Assembly (NCBI GenBank): GCA_028534125.1
Contig: CM052816.1
Location: 39,000,001-39,064,000, forward strand
DNA: 64,000 nt
Direction: 5' to 3'
Source: Lama glama
Taxonomy: Eukaryota
The translations under genes were made by a program, and so were the position numbers. Position 1 is the stretch's first letter. Each line of letters begins with the position of its first letter. This document shows, one piece after another, positions 12,301 through 26,470 of the stretch. Below the pieces are notes generated by a model, which was not told the DNA's origin, made no database searches, and worked only from the letters and a program-made list of their open reading frames with translations.

Positions 12301-15300
12301 AATAGGAAAAATTAAGCATGGCCAAGAGCTGCCCACAGGCCTCTGGGGAGGGAAGCCATGGGTAACTAAGCAGAAGACACCCAACATTTGACTGCAAATG
12401 AAGCTTCTACAAAAAGAGAAGTTTGAAAACATTAACTAGCAAGTGTACCACATTTTCTCAGGCAAGGCGATAGGTATCATCAAAGGTAAATAAAGAATGT
12501 CTTTTAAAAGCAGAATGACCCTATGTCTCAGTTCACAGCCAGTGTCCGGGCATAATTATTTACAGCATCCCCTTTATCTCTCAAAAGTGTCGTAGTTTGG
12601 CGATTATATCGTTATTCTACTCAAAAGTCACATATCTAATAGTGGAAAGGCAATGAATTAAAAAAGAAAGATCTTTCTGCCTGTGTAGTGGATTTCTATA
12701 CAATTTGGAGGGGTATTATTAACTTGGGTGTATGCACTCAGACATTCAATTATTCATTTACTCATTCAGTCATTCAACAATATTTCCTGGGTATTACTAT
12801 GTCACAGCATTATTCAGGCACTGGGATGAACATGAAAAGTGGAGCCTGAGACCAGACAAGAGGGGAAGACAGAAAGACATGGAAATACATAAATCCAACT
12901 AACACACATAACAGTAAACCTGAATGGCAATGGGAACCCAAAGAAGGGAGTGGTTTTCCCAAAAATACAGAAGCTCCTTACGGAAATTTTCAAGCCCACA
13001 CAAAATCCCTATACATAAAAAAAAAAAAAAAAGGCACAAATCCTGGCTTCATCTAGATCCATTAACTAAGTAGCAGTAAGAAAAAATAATGTAACAAAAT
13101 ATCACATGAAGGCCAGCATATAGCCCATGAGAATTCCGGTAAACAAATTACATGAATCACTGAAGATTATATTATGAAAACCAAAATAAAATTTAGGCAA
13201 AGAAAATTGGTAGAGTAGAAGTTATAGATTCTAATTCTAGCTCCCAAAAAAAAGGGGAAAAAAAAAAAAGGAAGCAGGTAGTCTTCTCAGAGTGGCTATA
13301 TGAGAGATCAATAACGAAAAAGCATTTGGGAAAAAAACAAATTTTTTTAAAGTTCCATTCAGACTAATGAAAATATTTTAATACCACTATTCCCAAAGAT
13401 TACTCTAATAATAAAAAAGAGGACTAAAATATCTCTTAAGTAGCAAAACACTGAGCAAAAATAAAAGGGTTTACCTGCCAAATCAATGTACAGCACTCAC
13501 AATGAAAACAAAACGCTTAGCTACACCTATGTGCTCATCTTAAGGGTTACTTTAAAATACGTACTCTTCCACTGCAACTCATAAAAGCTAAACAATCAAT
13601 AATTTTTAAGAAAAGTTGTTAAGTAGGGTGTGACTCTTCTGAAACTATCTTTGACCTTACAAACAAATCACTAACCACACCAACCTGGAGAGGCAACCCA
13701 CAATCAGTTCAGAAAGACAAAAGTTAGTTTCTCTTTCTAATATCAGTTCTTTTAATAGCAAATTCCTTAAAGTGAAGCATTCATTTTATTTATATTTCTG
13801 CTAGAAGAAATTAAACCTAGGTTACTAATATCTTAAATTTATGTAAAGTCATCCTTCTACTTTTAGAAAAAAATCCAGTTTCACTACAAATATGACTGAT
13901 AGTAACTGGAAATGCGGGTCTATATTGCCATCTTTACAAGCTATTTGCCTCTTAGTAAACATAACTTAGATGGACAGGTATACACAGCTGAAGTGGCTAA
14001 CCTTCCAAATGAAAACTTAAAACCAAGAATTTGATAGGCTTGTGATGAAATCAGAGTTCTCTTTGGAGGCAAAGAGCTGATTTTCCCCCAGACGATATAA
14101 TCAGCAAAAAAAAAATTTAATTCTGTATATAAAGTTTTATTACTCCCACCACTCTAATACTTGTAAGGGTTAAGGCATATTAACAGCTCTCCAAAGTATA
14201 CAAAATTATTATACAGAGAAAGGAAACAAATTCACTGACTATTACATAAGATCAATAAATACCCTCTATCTTATATCCTAGAATAGTTACTGCTAAACAG
14301 TCTCATTTGCAAGTAAATAAACTAAAATGTTGGCAGAAGCATATTCTAAACACTAGCTCTTATCAAATCAAGAGGTCTCTGGGCTCATTAATCCTTGTAT
14401 TTCATCTGGGTCACTTTATTACGTTTATAATGCATACACAGTTACATAATAAAAACACCAAGACATCTGTGAAACATTCATTAAATATAATTGTGTAAGC
14501 ATAAACTGTGGTCTTGAATCAAGAAAGTACCAAAAGCCTGTGCAATAATGACCGATACTGTATTTTGAAATGACTGGGAAAATAAACTTTGGGAAGAGGT
14601 CATTTCTATCTCCCTAGTGGCTAATCTGCTCTACAGGGTTAAAAAGAAGAAGAAGAAGAAAAAAAAAAACAGAGGCTAGCAACTCTAAATTGTAGTGTGG
14701 CTCATCTGAGAAAAACAATGTAAAATGAAGAGCCTACAAACGTCAAAAACGTTATGCGAGAACTGTTCGTTTGGGAGTAGCAAGAACGCTACAAAACGCT
14801 ACTGTCTCCATTCTTCCTCTTTCTTGGAAATGATTAAAAAGTTTCCAGCTTCAGTTTTACCTATGCTCCACAGCCATATACATACACGCTCAGCATCTTT
14901 GCTTGACACAAATCAGTAACCTACCCAAGGGTAAACTGGCCTGAGTGCAGAAGCAGGGAGACCCTAAGGATGCCGAACCCTTGCAAGGGGAAAGAGACGG
15001 GGCCATCATTCCTTTCGCGTTCCCATCTCCTTTCTGGCAGAGATTCGCAGATTCCACCACTAGAGAGAGTTTGGCAGCTTCACAATGGGGCCGCCTGTTC
15101 AAGGTCTGACTGCCGCCCGCCTGGAAATCCCTCTCCTTCGCCCCCCACCAGGCCCAAAGTCCACCCGCGACAGGTGGGGCGAGGGCACTGATGCCCAAAG
15201 ACATCTGCTGCTTTCGCTTCTGGCCAGCACCCGGCCCCAATCCACACGAGCGCCCCAGGCCACGACGGGTCCGTCCGCCCCCGCCACACCGGCAGACGTG

Positions 15301-16071
15301 CAGCGGGCGCTGGCTGAGGGCTCCCGGGCGGCCTCGCCACCTAGATTGCAGCGCAGGCGAGGAGAGACGACGAGATAAGGCCGTCAGAGCTCGCCCTGAG
15401 GCGCTATCTGGCCCGAGCAGTCGCACCCAGCACGCAGTCCGGGCAAAGGGCCAGATGCGCACCAGGCCCGGCAAGGAGCTACTTCTGAATGGGGCCCCTA
15501 GGCCCGCTGCCCCGCGGTGCGGGCACGGCGGCGGAGGAGCCAGCGTGCGCGCCAACGCGCCCAGACTTCCGCACCGCCGCACAGCGGGAGAGGCGCTCCA
15601 GGTCGCTGAGTCCCGCACCTCCTCGGCGAGCGCACGCCGCGCGCACACGGGGGCGCACGCCCCCGCACACTCACTCACACGCGCTGCACACTCACGGCGT
15701 CTCCGACCCCACCCCTGGGCCAAGGAACCGCGGGCACCGGCACCGGCACCCCGCCAGGGCCCCACCCAGTTCACCAGCCCCCAGCCCCCTGCTCGGGTGC
15801 GGAGGGTATCAGACCGCCAAACCCGGGGGTCGCTGAGGTCGCTGAGGTCGCCCGCCGCCCATCCCTGAGGCCCGCTGGGCCGTGATCCCCTAGCTCTGCG
15901 CCGGCACCGCACGCCCGGGCCCGACACGAGGCAGGGAGGAAGGGGCGGCGCCGCGACTGGGGCTGGCACCGGGAATCGGTGACTGAGGCAACCCCCCACC
16001 CACCCATCACCACCACCTTTTCTGCAGCACAAAAGGTTGCAGACGGAACCGCCGTTCGCCGTGCAACCTAC

Positions 16072-16250
16072 CAGTGGCCCACAGCTCCGCCGCCTCCGCC
16101 GTGCCTGGGGCCGTGGAGCCGGAGACAAGGGCGGGAGAGGCGCAGCGCTGCGGCGGCGAGATCCGGGCTGAGGCGGCCAGCGGAGCCAGCCGGGTACCCT
16201 CTCTGCTCCCACTGCGATAGGCGACAGCTACCGCCCGGCGTAGTCCCCGC
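16072..16250 (-). other. MACIR: MACIR non-coding exon 1 (5' end approximate)
   Basis: Donor cactg|GTAGGT at 16071-16066 inside the CpG island, downstream of the GC boxes. The TSS cannot be fixed from sequence. Confidence 0.65.
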
Positions 16251-16269
16251 CTCCTCCTCCTCCTCCTCC
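16250..16269. repeat. (CCT)6 / (GGA)n trinucleotide repeat near the TSS
   Basis: cctcctcctcctcctcctcc. Confidence 0.9.
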
Positions 16270-16403
16270 GCCTGCCTTCCCGCCCTCCTCCCTCCGGCTG
16301 CAGAGGCGCAGCCCGTCAGCGCTGAGCCCGCCTCCTGCGCCCAGCTCAAACGCCCTGAGGAAGGGCGGGCCCGCGAGAGAAAGGCGCTAAGAAGCCTGAA
16401 GAA

Positions 16404-16440
16404 GGGGGCGGGGCGGGGCGGGGCGAGAGTGGGGTGGGGT
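16404..16440. promoter_or_regulatory. Tandem Sp1/KLF GC boxes
   Basis: gggggcggggcggggcggggcg...ggggtggggt immediately upstream of exon 1. Confidence 0.7.
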
Positions 16441-16859
16441 TGCTGACTAGGGTGGTCGGGGGAGGAGTCGTAACACTCTGCCCAGTCCAAAGCCCGCACA
16501 GCAACTCAAGAGCTCCCACTCGGAGGCCTGGCAACGCTCAGATTGCCCCAGTTAAGTGGTGTGGCGATGTTTGTCGTTTGTAAGTCTCCGATTTAAAGGA
16601 CGCAGCACTGAGCAGAAGTAGAGAAGATTAGAACCCGTGAAATTACAAATTCTAGGGTCAATCTTAGAAACATGCTGAGTATCTAATGAATGTGGGGAGA
16701 AGGGTAAAATTCAGATTCTGATTTGATTAGCCATTTTTGAATCTTCAGACTTGATCTTTTCCCTTCTTCTAAGAAATTCTTTCCTTTGATCAGATTTTCT
16801 ATTTTCATGTTACATCTCCTCTGCCAAACCGGTTAACAAACTCAGAGATAACAATAGTT

Positions 16860-17060
16860 ACTAACATTTGTTTAGCTCTCACCTACCATGTGCCAGGCCT
16901 TTTAATACGTATTTTCGAATTTACACCCCTCAAGAATTCTATAAGAGTGACCAATTATGATCCACATTTTAAAGATGTAGAAAATTTAAGTAATTTCCTC
17001 GAGGTCACTCACGGAGTTAGTGACTGAGCTGGGTTTGAATCCAGGCAGTGGGACCCTAGA
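16860..17060. mobile_element. MIR SINE remnant
   Basis: ccatgtgccaggc...ccacattttaaagatgtagaaa...gctgggtttgaatccaggcag. Confidence 0.65.
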
Positions 17061-18709
17061 ATTGTTTATAAATGTTGCTAATTTGTGTTCCAGTCTCAAT
17101 TCGAGAGAGGTAGTTGTTTTTGTTTTAACAGAATGCTGTATCTGGACATAAAAGGTGTAAACTTGGTGTCAATAAACACAAATTGAAACAAATCTTGATT
17201 CAAACTTGTTGCAAAATCTATATACACCCCTGATAATATAAAGGCAAATAAATCTGTAGACCCCTATTTCAACAGAGTGATGCCTGGAGCCCCTCAACTA
17301 TAAGACATTTAATACTACCCGTGTGCCCTAAAATACAACACACATGGGAAGATTACAGAATAATTTTAGAAAACATAAATTACTTTATTCCCAATACAGA
17401 TTATGTGCAACTTCTCAAATACAGAACCAGGCACAACACAATTTGTGGTGAACAAATAAATGAATGGACTTTTTTTTTTAATCAGTACTTTAGGAGAACA
17501 CACTGAGAGTTATTTCAGATTATAATGTCTGACACAGTGTTTTTATTGTCCTCGTGATCATTCTCATAAAACCACCTCCAAAACATTGTATATTTAATAT
17601 TCAGAAACTTACTTTCATTCTGTCCTATCTGAAATCTTGTAACCTTTCCAGAAGAATGCCTTGTAACTTGCCCTTTGCTCTGAGTTTGGCAATGTTCTTT
17701 GGCCAAAAGCAGTAAAGTTCTGATTTGCCTTTAAGTGTATTAGGCTCAAGGTTAGCCCTCTTGAGAAGGCATTGTGTCCAAATTGCCTCCCTCCCTGGGT
17801 GGTGCTTGGAGCTCCCATCTTAGCCCTGAGTCTTCACCCAATCAAAACTTCAGTTAGTTCTTGAGTGTCCCAAAGGATACCCAATAAACCAATTCACCAA
17901 GCAGTTAAAGGGCGGTAATAGCTTTATGTGTGGCCCCTCGGAGATAAGTCTGTGCCGCCTAAAGACTCTGACTTCTTATTGTATTAATTCAGATCAGTTG
18001 TGGCTTGCAAGGGCTGTGGCTAAGGGGAGTACGGAGGGGTGGGAGGTTACTCCCACAGAAGCCCTTCTCAGAGCTTTTCTATGTTCTGTGAAAATCTATT
18101 CAATCTATAAAGAAAAATGGCATGCTTATAAAGAATCAGGCGCAAATAGACCTTGTGATCTGAAAGGCCTTTTGAACCTGGAGACTCAGACATTCCATCT
18201 CAAATGCCCCTTGTGTAAGTTACATCTTTGCCTCAAGTCATCCTTCCCAGAAAAGATCACTTTAAAAAGATCGTTGTCTGGGAAGGATTATACACTGATG
18301 TAAACAGCGTTGCCTAGCAAACAGCCCGTTTGAGAGAAGAGGATAGGTAGATTCGATAACAACATATTAGATATAAAACAGAAACTACTAAGCCAGGTGT
18401 GCCAGAAATAACACATCGCTTCCTTTTCTCTACACCCATTTGTTTCAGGCAGGGACTAACCAGGAAGATAGAGACCAACTCAGACATATATAAACAAAGA
18501 CAATTGATGTAGGAATTGATAACACAGGCAATATGTTATCAAAACTCAAAAGCTAAACAGGGGTCATGAGGTAATCCATAAATTACCAAGCACAGCCCCT
18601 AACTGGAGAAACAGAGGGAGGAGTCAGGGTTACCGGATCCCAGGGGCTGACCTGGTGGAAGCTGTAGCCACGGAGGAGAGACAGTTACTGCCAAGGAACC
18701 CTTGGTTAT

Positions 18710-18920
18710 GTAAATGTTCTGTGTCCTGGTTGTGATATTGCACTGTGTATATAATAGATTGCACTATATATATACTGCACTATATATATATAGTACTTAC
18801 TATATAGTAAGTTACCAGTGGGGATAACTGGGTAAAGGTTATATGGGATCTCTCTGTATTATTTCCTGTAACTGCAGGTGAACATGTAATTACCTCAAAA
18901 TAACATGTTTTTTAAAATTA
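18710..18920 (+). mobile_element. Old L1 3'UTR fragment with an internal TA-rich expansion
   Basis: ggggataactgggtaaaggttatatgggatctctctgtattatttcctgtaactgc. Confidence 0.65.
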
Positions 18921-20239
18921 AAGGAGTTTGAAAGCAACACAGCTGCATATTTAGAACATATTTCTAGAAGCACAGCCAGAAAGTGAAAAATATTAGTTGC
19001 CCCAGGGAGAAAAGTTGATGGCTTAGAAACAGAAGTAGGAGGTCAGCCTTTTACTATATATTCTTTCATATATTTTGAACTATGCAAAATCAATGTCTAT
19101 TCAAAAACTAAAATTTTAAATATCAGATTTTAAATTGCTCAACCAATCAAAGCTTGATGCTTTCCAATTGTTAATAGTCTTGATCAGTCTCTTAACTTGC
19201 TATTCAGAAATTATATGGTGTCTTTTTTACCTTTCTAATTATTAACCTACTGCATATTGCAACTGCTTGTTGTTCCCAGGCACTTAGCCAAAATCTTTAT
19301 CTTTTTAAATTATGAAGATTCATTTCTATACACTGACTCTTTTCCAGAATAAAAAACAGTTTATGGGAAAAAACTTTTCTCCTATATGTTACTATTGCTG
19401 TGAACTATTTGCACATTTATGGGTCAGCTGGCACCCTACTTTGTCATTGAATTACTTTACAAGACACTATGATAAAATCAAGATAACACGGACTTTGAAA
19501 TCACACAGTCCAAGATTTCTAGCCATATGATCTTGTTCAAATTATTTAACCAACCGAACTCTATTTGTTTCCTCACCTATAAAACAAACATAATAATACT
19601 CATTTTTCCACATTGCTTGGAGTATTAATATAACATAAACATAGTACCTGAGACAGAGCTAAAATTACTGAAATCAAAAAATTTAGTTGCAAAAAACAGA
19701 GGTCCACCAAAATAATTAAAGGTGAGAATATTTTACAGATAGGTACCTCAGAAAACAAGAGCAGGGAACAATGTACAGCCAGCCTTGTGGAAACGTGAAA
19801 GCAAGAGCTTAGAAGTCCTTTCTTTCTATCAGAGGCCTCATGGTCTGTGTGTCTGTTACAGTCAACTTCTCCTCCAAGACAACATTAGGGGATGGAGGCT
19901 CCCACAACAAGGAAGCACAGAGGGCAATGGAAGTCTTTGGGAGGGGCACCCATACTCACCTCGGTGAAGCCATTTTGTAAGTAACACCATGGTGATATTC
20001 ATCTTGTAGACAGAGGACATCTTTAGAATAGTTGAGACATGTGGTAAGGTCACTATTTCTATTATAATATGGCAGGTGTGTATTATTGAGTGCAGACCCT
20101 CACGCTTCTAGTTGTAGTCTTTGCTGGCTCTTCTTTTATAGAAATTTTTTCACTGGTACCTATCAACATATGGTTTCCCTGAGCACAATATTCAGACTGC
20201 AGTTCTCTGACATCTCCAGCACCCTCATATCCCCCTCTC

Positions 20240-20440
20240 CCGTTTTGTCTTGAATGTATTTATGGCATCCAACCCATTCATTTAATTGATCTACTTTAGC
20301 ATCTGTTTCCACCCCTAAAATGTAAGCTCCATGAAGGCAGAGATTTTTATTCCTTTTATTGATGGCTATATTTCCTAGCACCTGAAATATTCCTGGCACA
20401 TTTTAAGCACTGAATAAATATTTGTTGAGTGAATAAAAGA
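20240..20440 (+). mobile_element. L2 3' end
   Basis: tgtaagctccatgaaggcagagatttt...cctggcaca...aataaatatttgttgagtgaat. Confidence 0.75.
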
Positions 20441-21879
20441 GTTCCTGTTGAGGGCATAAAAGAATTTCTCCGTTTCTCATTCGTCATTAACAGAGAGCTC
20501 TTCATTGCTGTTTAGATATATCTCAGTCCTTTAGAAATCTTATAATGTATTATATTAATTCTAGATTTCCTCCTCAAATCTCCTTTCAGAGATGTTCCTC
20601 TGGAGTCTTCCACCTTTCTTCCATTTACTTTATTTGTTAACTCAGGCTATTTGATGAAAAATCACTTCTACATCTTTGGACTACAAATTGTACTTTTTTC
20701 CAGCGTAATGACTGCACTGTTATTCGGCTTTTGAATCTCATCTTCAAATCTGGGCTTCTGCGCTCTGCTCTGCGATGCTCGGACTCTGCAGACATTTCTG
20801 CTTTGCTTTGTAAGCTCTGCCAAGACTTTCTGCTGAAGTCCCCTTGATACTGTTCCAGATCAAATATGTCATTGAAAATATAAGACTGGGGATGATTTCA
20901 TTTTCTGGATCACACTCTTTGGAGGACAGGGATGGTAACTAGGGCAAAACAAGTCCCTGTGGGGGTGGGCAATAGAGTTTTACTAAAAAGGGGAGGGGCG
21001 AACATTGAAGGCAAAGAAAAGAAGGCAGGAGAATAAGACAGAAATGGTGTGCCCTTAAATGACCCCTTCTGAGGGGCTGAACTTGCCTTTTTTTCTTCTC
21101 TTGGACTAGGGAAACAAACATTTTGGGGATATAATATTAAAGGGCTTTTTCCTCTGTTGTAATTAATTTTCTTTAATTACTCCCAATTCTTCAGAGAAAA
21201 CTGTGTCACCCATACAGCCGTGACTGCTGGTGCTCTGAGGGAATCAGACTACACAGCAATAAGCCCAGTGTGGAGTGTTCACACTGCAGCAACGCAAGCC
21301 CAGCACAGTGCCCTAGCATGCAGTGGGGAGTTCTAGACGGCAGTGGCCTACGGTGACACTGGGAGCAGTGAAGAGGATGTAGTGTGGAAAAGCAGTTGCC
21401 AAATTGAGGCCCTGGGGTGGATGTGAAACGAGCCTCCTCCTTTGCAGATCTCATAAAGAGAGAGCAGAGTCTGTGAAACAGGAGGAGGTTGGCACATAGA
21501 TTACACTGGATAGACACAAAGTGCTCCTACTCGCAACATGAAAATCACCCTTAATAAAAGCAAGCCCAGATCCCACATTTGCCTCTCCCCTTCTTATCTT
21601 GGGGGCTTTCTTTCATTACAAGTAAACTTCCAATATCAGACGACTGTCAGATGTGCAGCCACCTAACCAAATAAGACAACAAATCAATCTGAGTCCATTT
21701 TAACAGGTTAGCTCCTATTAAACCAGTAAATTAACACCGGTAATATGCTGTATCTACATGAGCGTGCACCTTAATTGAGGATGGCACCGATGGAGTTGCA
21801 GTTCCATAAGACATTAAACCAGTGGACATCAAATCGCATTTACAGATATATAAGGGACACTTTCTTGATGTTTCGGTAT

Positions 21880-22175
21880 TTTCTTTTTTTTTTAGTGTAT
21901 ATATTTTTTATTGAAGTATAGTCGGTTTGCAATGTGTCAATTTCTGGTGTACAGCATAATGCTTCAGTCAAGCATATATTCGTTTTCACATTCTTTTTCA
22001 CCATAGGTTACTACAAGGTATTGAATATAGCTCCCTGTGCTGTACAGCATGAACTTGTTGTTTATCTCTTTTTTACGTAATAGTGTCTACAAATCTCAAA
22101 CTCCCAATTTATCCCTTCCCACCCCCTTCCCCTACTGGTAGCCATAAGTTTGTTTTCTATGGTGTCTGTTTTTTC
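21880..22175 (-). mobile_element. Lineage-type L1 3' end (5'-truncated)
   Basis: Poly-T, then ttattgaagtatagtcggtttgcaatgtg...cataagtttgttttctatg, typical of laurasiatherian L1 3'UTRs. Confidence 0.75.
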
Positions 22176-25100
22176 ATATTGCTTCAATAACTACATGTCT
22201 TAAATGTGCTTCTGAAAAGTTGGAGGTAAAGAATAAATTTTTAAGATGCAGCTTTTACCATAAGTTTTTAGTTGCCATTTTGAAATTAACACAGTAATAC
22301 GCAGCTCTTAATATTCACTTCCCAAAGTATTCTGCCCTGATTGATGTAAAATTTGCATGGGCTAAGTTCTTAGTTCAAACTGTAATTTAGTCATAAGGAC
22401 AGTTGAATCACAGAACTTTCATATATTCATTTCAATAACAGTACAGACATGTTAATGTGCACCACAGAGGTGATTATCATTTTTTAGACTTCTTTTAACT
22501 CTAAGGGATTTTTATATTGAAGTAGTCATCTTACCTAAGCTTCAGCAGAATTCATAAGTAGAAGACCCCCACAGGCAGAATGCTGTAGATATTAATGTTC
22601 ATGAATCTCAGTGTCACTGTACTCATTTATGAAAAAAGACAGTCTTATTACAAGACTGGACTCTCCTTCTGTTGTCCATGATTAAGGCTTTGAAATGTTG
22701 TGGAGCAATATGTAGTTATGAAGGATCAACTGGTATTCAAAAAGTTTCTTCTCTAAGCTTGTGCCACTGTTCATGATTTTCCAACTACCAAGGCCAACTT
22801 ATCCATTCCCTGGAAAAATTCGCTACCCAAAGTCTTACAAGATGAATATGGAGTAGAAAATCCATTTAATCACTTCTGAAGGGAAATATTTCTTCCTGGC
22901 AGAGAAAGCCAATTTGACATTAGAAGCATGCTTAGTTAGGATGTGGGTAAGGATTGCATATACCATCACAGATTAGGGCAGATTATCAAGGACCCCTCAC
23001 TGGCCCATTTGGACCTCTTTCCTAGGAACCCCTGAAGACAAGAGCCCTAAGTCATTCCCAAGCCTAGGTTCCATTTCTCCAAGCCACTCTTTCTGTTCTG
23101 TGAACATCTATTTATGTGAAAAAGACCTCTGACTGTCTTACAGAGAAAGTGTCTCTGGATTCACCTCTTTTATAACATCTGACAGCTTCTGGTCTTTTAA
23201 GGAAGTGGTGCATCTACTCTCCTCAATTTAGTGAGTTTAATCAACATGTTATCACAAAAAGTACCATTAGCAAATGTCAGGGTGACTGTGACTTCCTTAT
23301 AAGGCACTGTGATTTTTTTGCGCTATCATTTTATTATTTTTGAAACTTAAACCCATCCTTAGTGACTCATCAGCCAGAAATCATAAATCTGTTCTTTGTT
23401 TCCTATGCTCCTCGGTAACATAGCCGACTCAGAGACACTATATTTTTAACCCTATCATAATCACCAGGCAAATGAAAGCCTTTGTTTCACAGTGCTAAAT
23501 TATCAAATAGAAAGAGGTGGTTCTTAAAATCAGAGTATGTATACTTAAGCTTGGTACTTTATCAAACTTGGGGTATGTGTGTGTATGTGCATGATGCCTG
23601 TGCGAGAAAGAGAGAGAGAGGGAACATTCCTATGTTCCTGAAGGAGTTGCTGGTCATCCTTTCTTCCCTAAAACCTAGCTTACCTTTAGCATATCTCTGT
23701 TGTCACCTTTTCCCCCCTTGCTTGCCCATTGCTACAAATCCTGGACTAGCGACATTCTTTGTCCCCACGTTCTGGGAACATATTTGTGACGTACAATCAA
23801 CGTATTTGTGGTCCAGATCTTCTGCTTTCTCAAATCCTCTAGCTCCCAGGATATTCAACGCAGGACAGCCAAGCATGGAGCAATTGCTCACCAATTCTTG
23901 AGATCTTGCAGAAGTCAGGGACCATAGCTTTTTTTTTTTCTCTTTTATCATCAGCATCATTCAGTGCTGGTACATAGTGAGTGCTCAATAAATATTGAGA
24001 AAAGGAAAAAAGGGAGGAAAGAAGGATGGAACATTTCACAAATGATTTGGCAAAAAACCCCAAAAAACTGAGCACTTATGTTTTAAGGCATGGTGTAAGG
24101 AGATGAGCGGCAAGGAAACCCCAACACTTACACAATCAGAAGGAAGCCTTTGCCGTTTTATATGTGTTTGGGAAGAAGGAGGGGGCTGGGAATACTGACA
24201 CCCAAGAAGGTGATGGTGATAAAGATAATGGTGATGATAATGACAACAATGATGAGAATTCTTACTTAAAACACTGATTTTTAGCCAGAGGAACAAAAAA
24301 TGAGAAGAGAACAAAAATTCTGATTGGCTGTAAAATATTATTTACAGTCATTTACAGGAACTGCTACCTAAGTCAGGTTACTTTGCAATACAATGATGAT
24401 AAACACTGTTAAATGGATATGATTACTTTTATTATCATTTTCTCCCAGTAGAATATTAATAATCTCTATAAACTTCTTCATAGTTGTCATACAGCGTAAT
24501 GATAGATTCATCAGAATATTGCATGCTTAGGACTTTAAAATGATCAAGAAATATTGCATCTATCCGAGGAAAAATATATTTTCCCTGGTCTTGTTGAATA
24601 AGTTGTTTTGTTCTTGTATTAATTATTCAGATCCTCAAACCAAGTTAGATTAGCTTTAGAATCAGCCTTGGCAAACAAGTGTTGTTGTGTTTCAGATAAC
24701 AGGCAAATAGATAACTTGGAAAAATAACAATTTCTTGTGAACAATGCATAACCTTCATATTATGACTTTTCTTTTCTTTTATATTTTCTAGGTCATTATC
24801 TTCTCCTGTTTCCTTCTGGAGGAGTGCCTCAATCAAGTTTTCCAATCTATTAATCAATTCCTCAGCTGTTACAATCCTACGTTTTACCTTATCTTTTCTG
24901 TTCTTCAAGTACTTCATTTTTTTACATATAATATTTCTATTTGGTTCTTTTTTTTTTTTACATTTTCTTACTGTTTCATATTGCTACTATCTTTCTTTAT
25001 CTGTATTACTATGTTTAAATTGCTTATTTTGAATCTTTGTCCCATCAGTTATAAAACATTTTTTGATGGACTCTGCAAGCCACTTTGTTATTTTCTTTTG

Positions 25101-26119
25101 AAAGAGCTGTGCTCCCTAGCTATCTTTTTATTTTAACCTGTCAGTTAATATTCCTCTTGGAATAGTCATTGCTCTGTCCAGCAATGTATATGGGGGAAAG
25201 CCAAGGGTCAGACTTCATTCTGGCTCAGACCTGATGTTTGTGGGGCAGAAGGGAGGTGTGAGCCCAATGGTAGAGCGACTTGGGCACCAGAAAGCCATCC
25301 TAGTTTGTATCACCCATCCTGGAGGTTTGGGTGAGGGGGCAGGGGAAGAGAAGTGACTATCCAAGGATTATCAATTCTCTATTGCTTTTGAAGCTCAGAA
25401 CCAGAATTTGTCCTGTTAAGATTTTATGCCTGAGGACACCTGCATTTACGTGGATTCTAGCACCACTGATGGCCCTGAGGCAAGGGGGAGAATAATGCTA
25501 GACACAGCAGAATGCCTTAGACTAGGACCGTCATCCCCTCACACGACAGTTCAAAACAGCCCTCTGTCTTCCCAGGAATTTCTGACAGTTTCCTATCTCT
25601 CTTGATGTTTCTCTTTATTTCCACTGGAATCGACCTTGGGGGAGTGACCTTGTGGTACCTAATAGTACAATGTCTTGATTGGAAGGGGTGGCTAAAACCT
25701 TTCTTACTCGAGCTCTGTAGAAAATAATTTTTGAATACTAAATTTTGAGTACTTCATGAAAATAGTTAAAATTTTATCTAGCCCGCAGTGGTGAGATGCC
25801 TAGTGCAATGTGCTGATGATTGCAATGTGGAACTTTGTGTTCTATGATAAAATATATTAACGATGTGAGATTGGACACAGTAAATCAATAAATACCACCA
25901 AAAAATGTTGTCCTGTGTTTGTTTTATCTCGTCTGCCTGAGCCACATGATTATGTTGCTTTTCCAATCAAAACAGAGAACACCCTTTATGACAGTATCAT
26001 ACCTGTTTGTATGCCACCACAGGCCCACCCAAATCTGGCTGGCAAAATCTGCTTTGGCTGCTCTGACACATAGCAGTTCTAACCCCTTGCTTCCTTTATT
26101 CATCCAGATAGCTAAACTT

Positions 26120-26470
26120 ATGCTTTGAAAACAATCAGCCTCAAATCTCGGTCATTTGATACCACACAAGAAATCTCTCCCTCACGTTATATGTTGCAGT
26201 AAAGTGCTCTCCTTCATGAAGTCAGTCAAGGACACAAGCTGATGGACTCTCCCCAACCCAGCATGTGACAGGGGAAGAGTGACAGGGCATGTCATACCAG
26301 GCTTTCCTGCGTCCTGGCACAGAGTTGACACCTGCCACTGCAGCTCGAAGCTCATTGGTGAGAAGTGGTCAAATTTCCATGTCTGTCTACAAGAGGGCTG
26401 GAAAATGTTTTTTGCATGCCTGGAAGGAGAAAAGAACAGGATACAAATGACCACTAGTAGTGTTTCCACA
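26120..26470. mobile_element. MaLR MLT1-like LTR
   Basis: acaatcagcctcaaatctc...cacctgccact...ctcattggtgagaagtggtca...ttccaca. Confidence 0.5.

Larger units (their letters stand above)
14950..16560. promoter_or_regulatory. CpG island / MACIR promoter
   Basis: Very GC- and CpG-rich block in an AT-rich background, spanning exon 1 and the start of intron 1. Confidence 0.9.

Noticed and set aside
14890..16534. Long ORFs (440, 225, 155 and 143 aa) in the GC-rich block
   Set aside because: Low-complexity R/G/P/A translations overlap in several frames, as expected from stop-codon scarcity in a CpG island.
18796..18811. 16-bp palindrome cttactatatagtaag
   Set aside because: It lies in a TA-rich slippage tract inside an L1 3'UTR, where such palindromes are expected.
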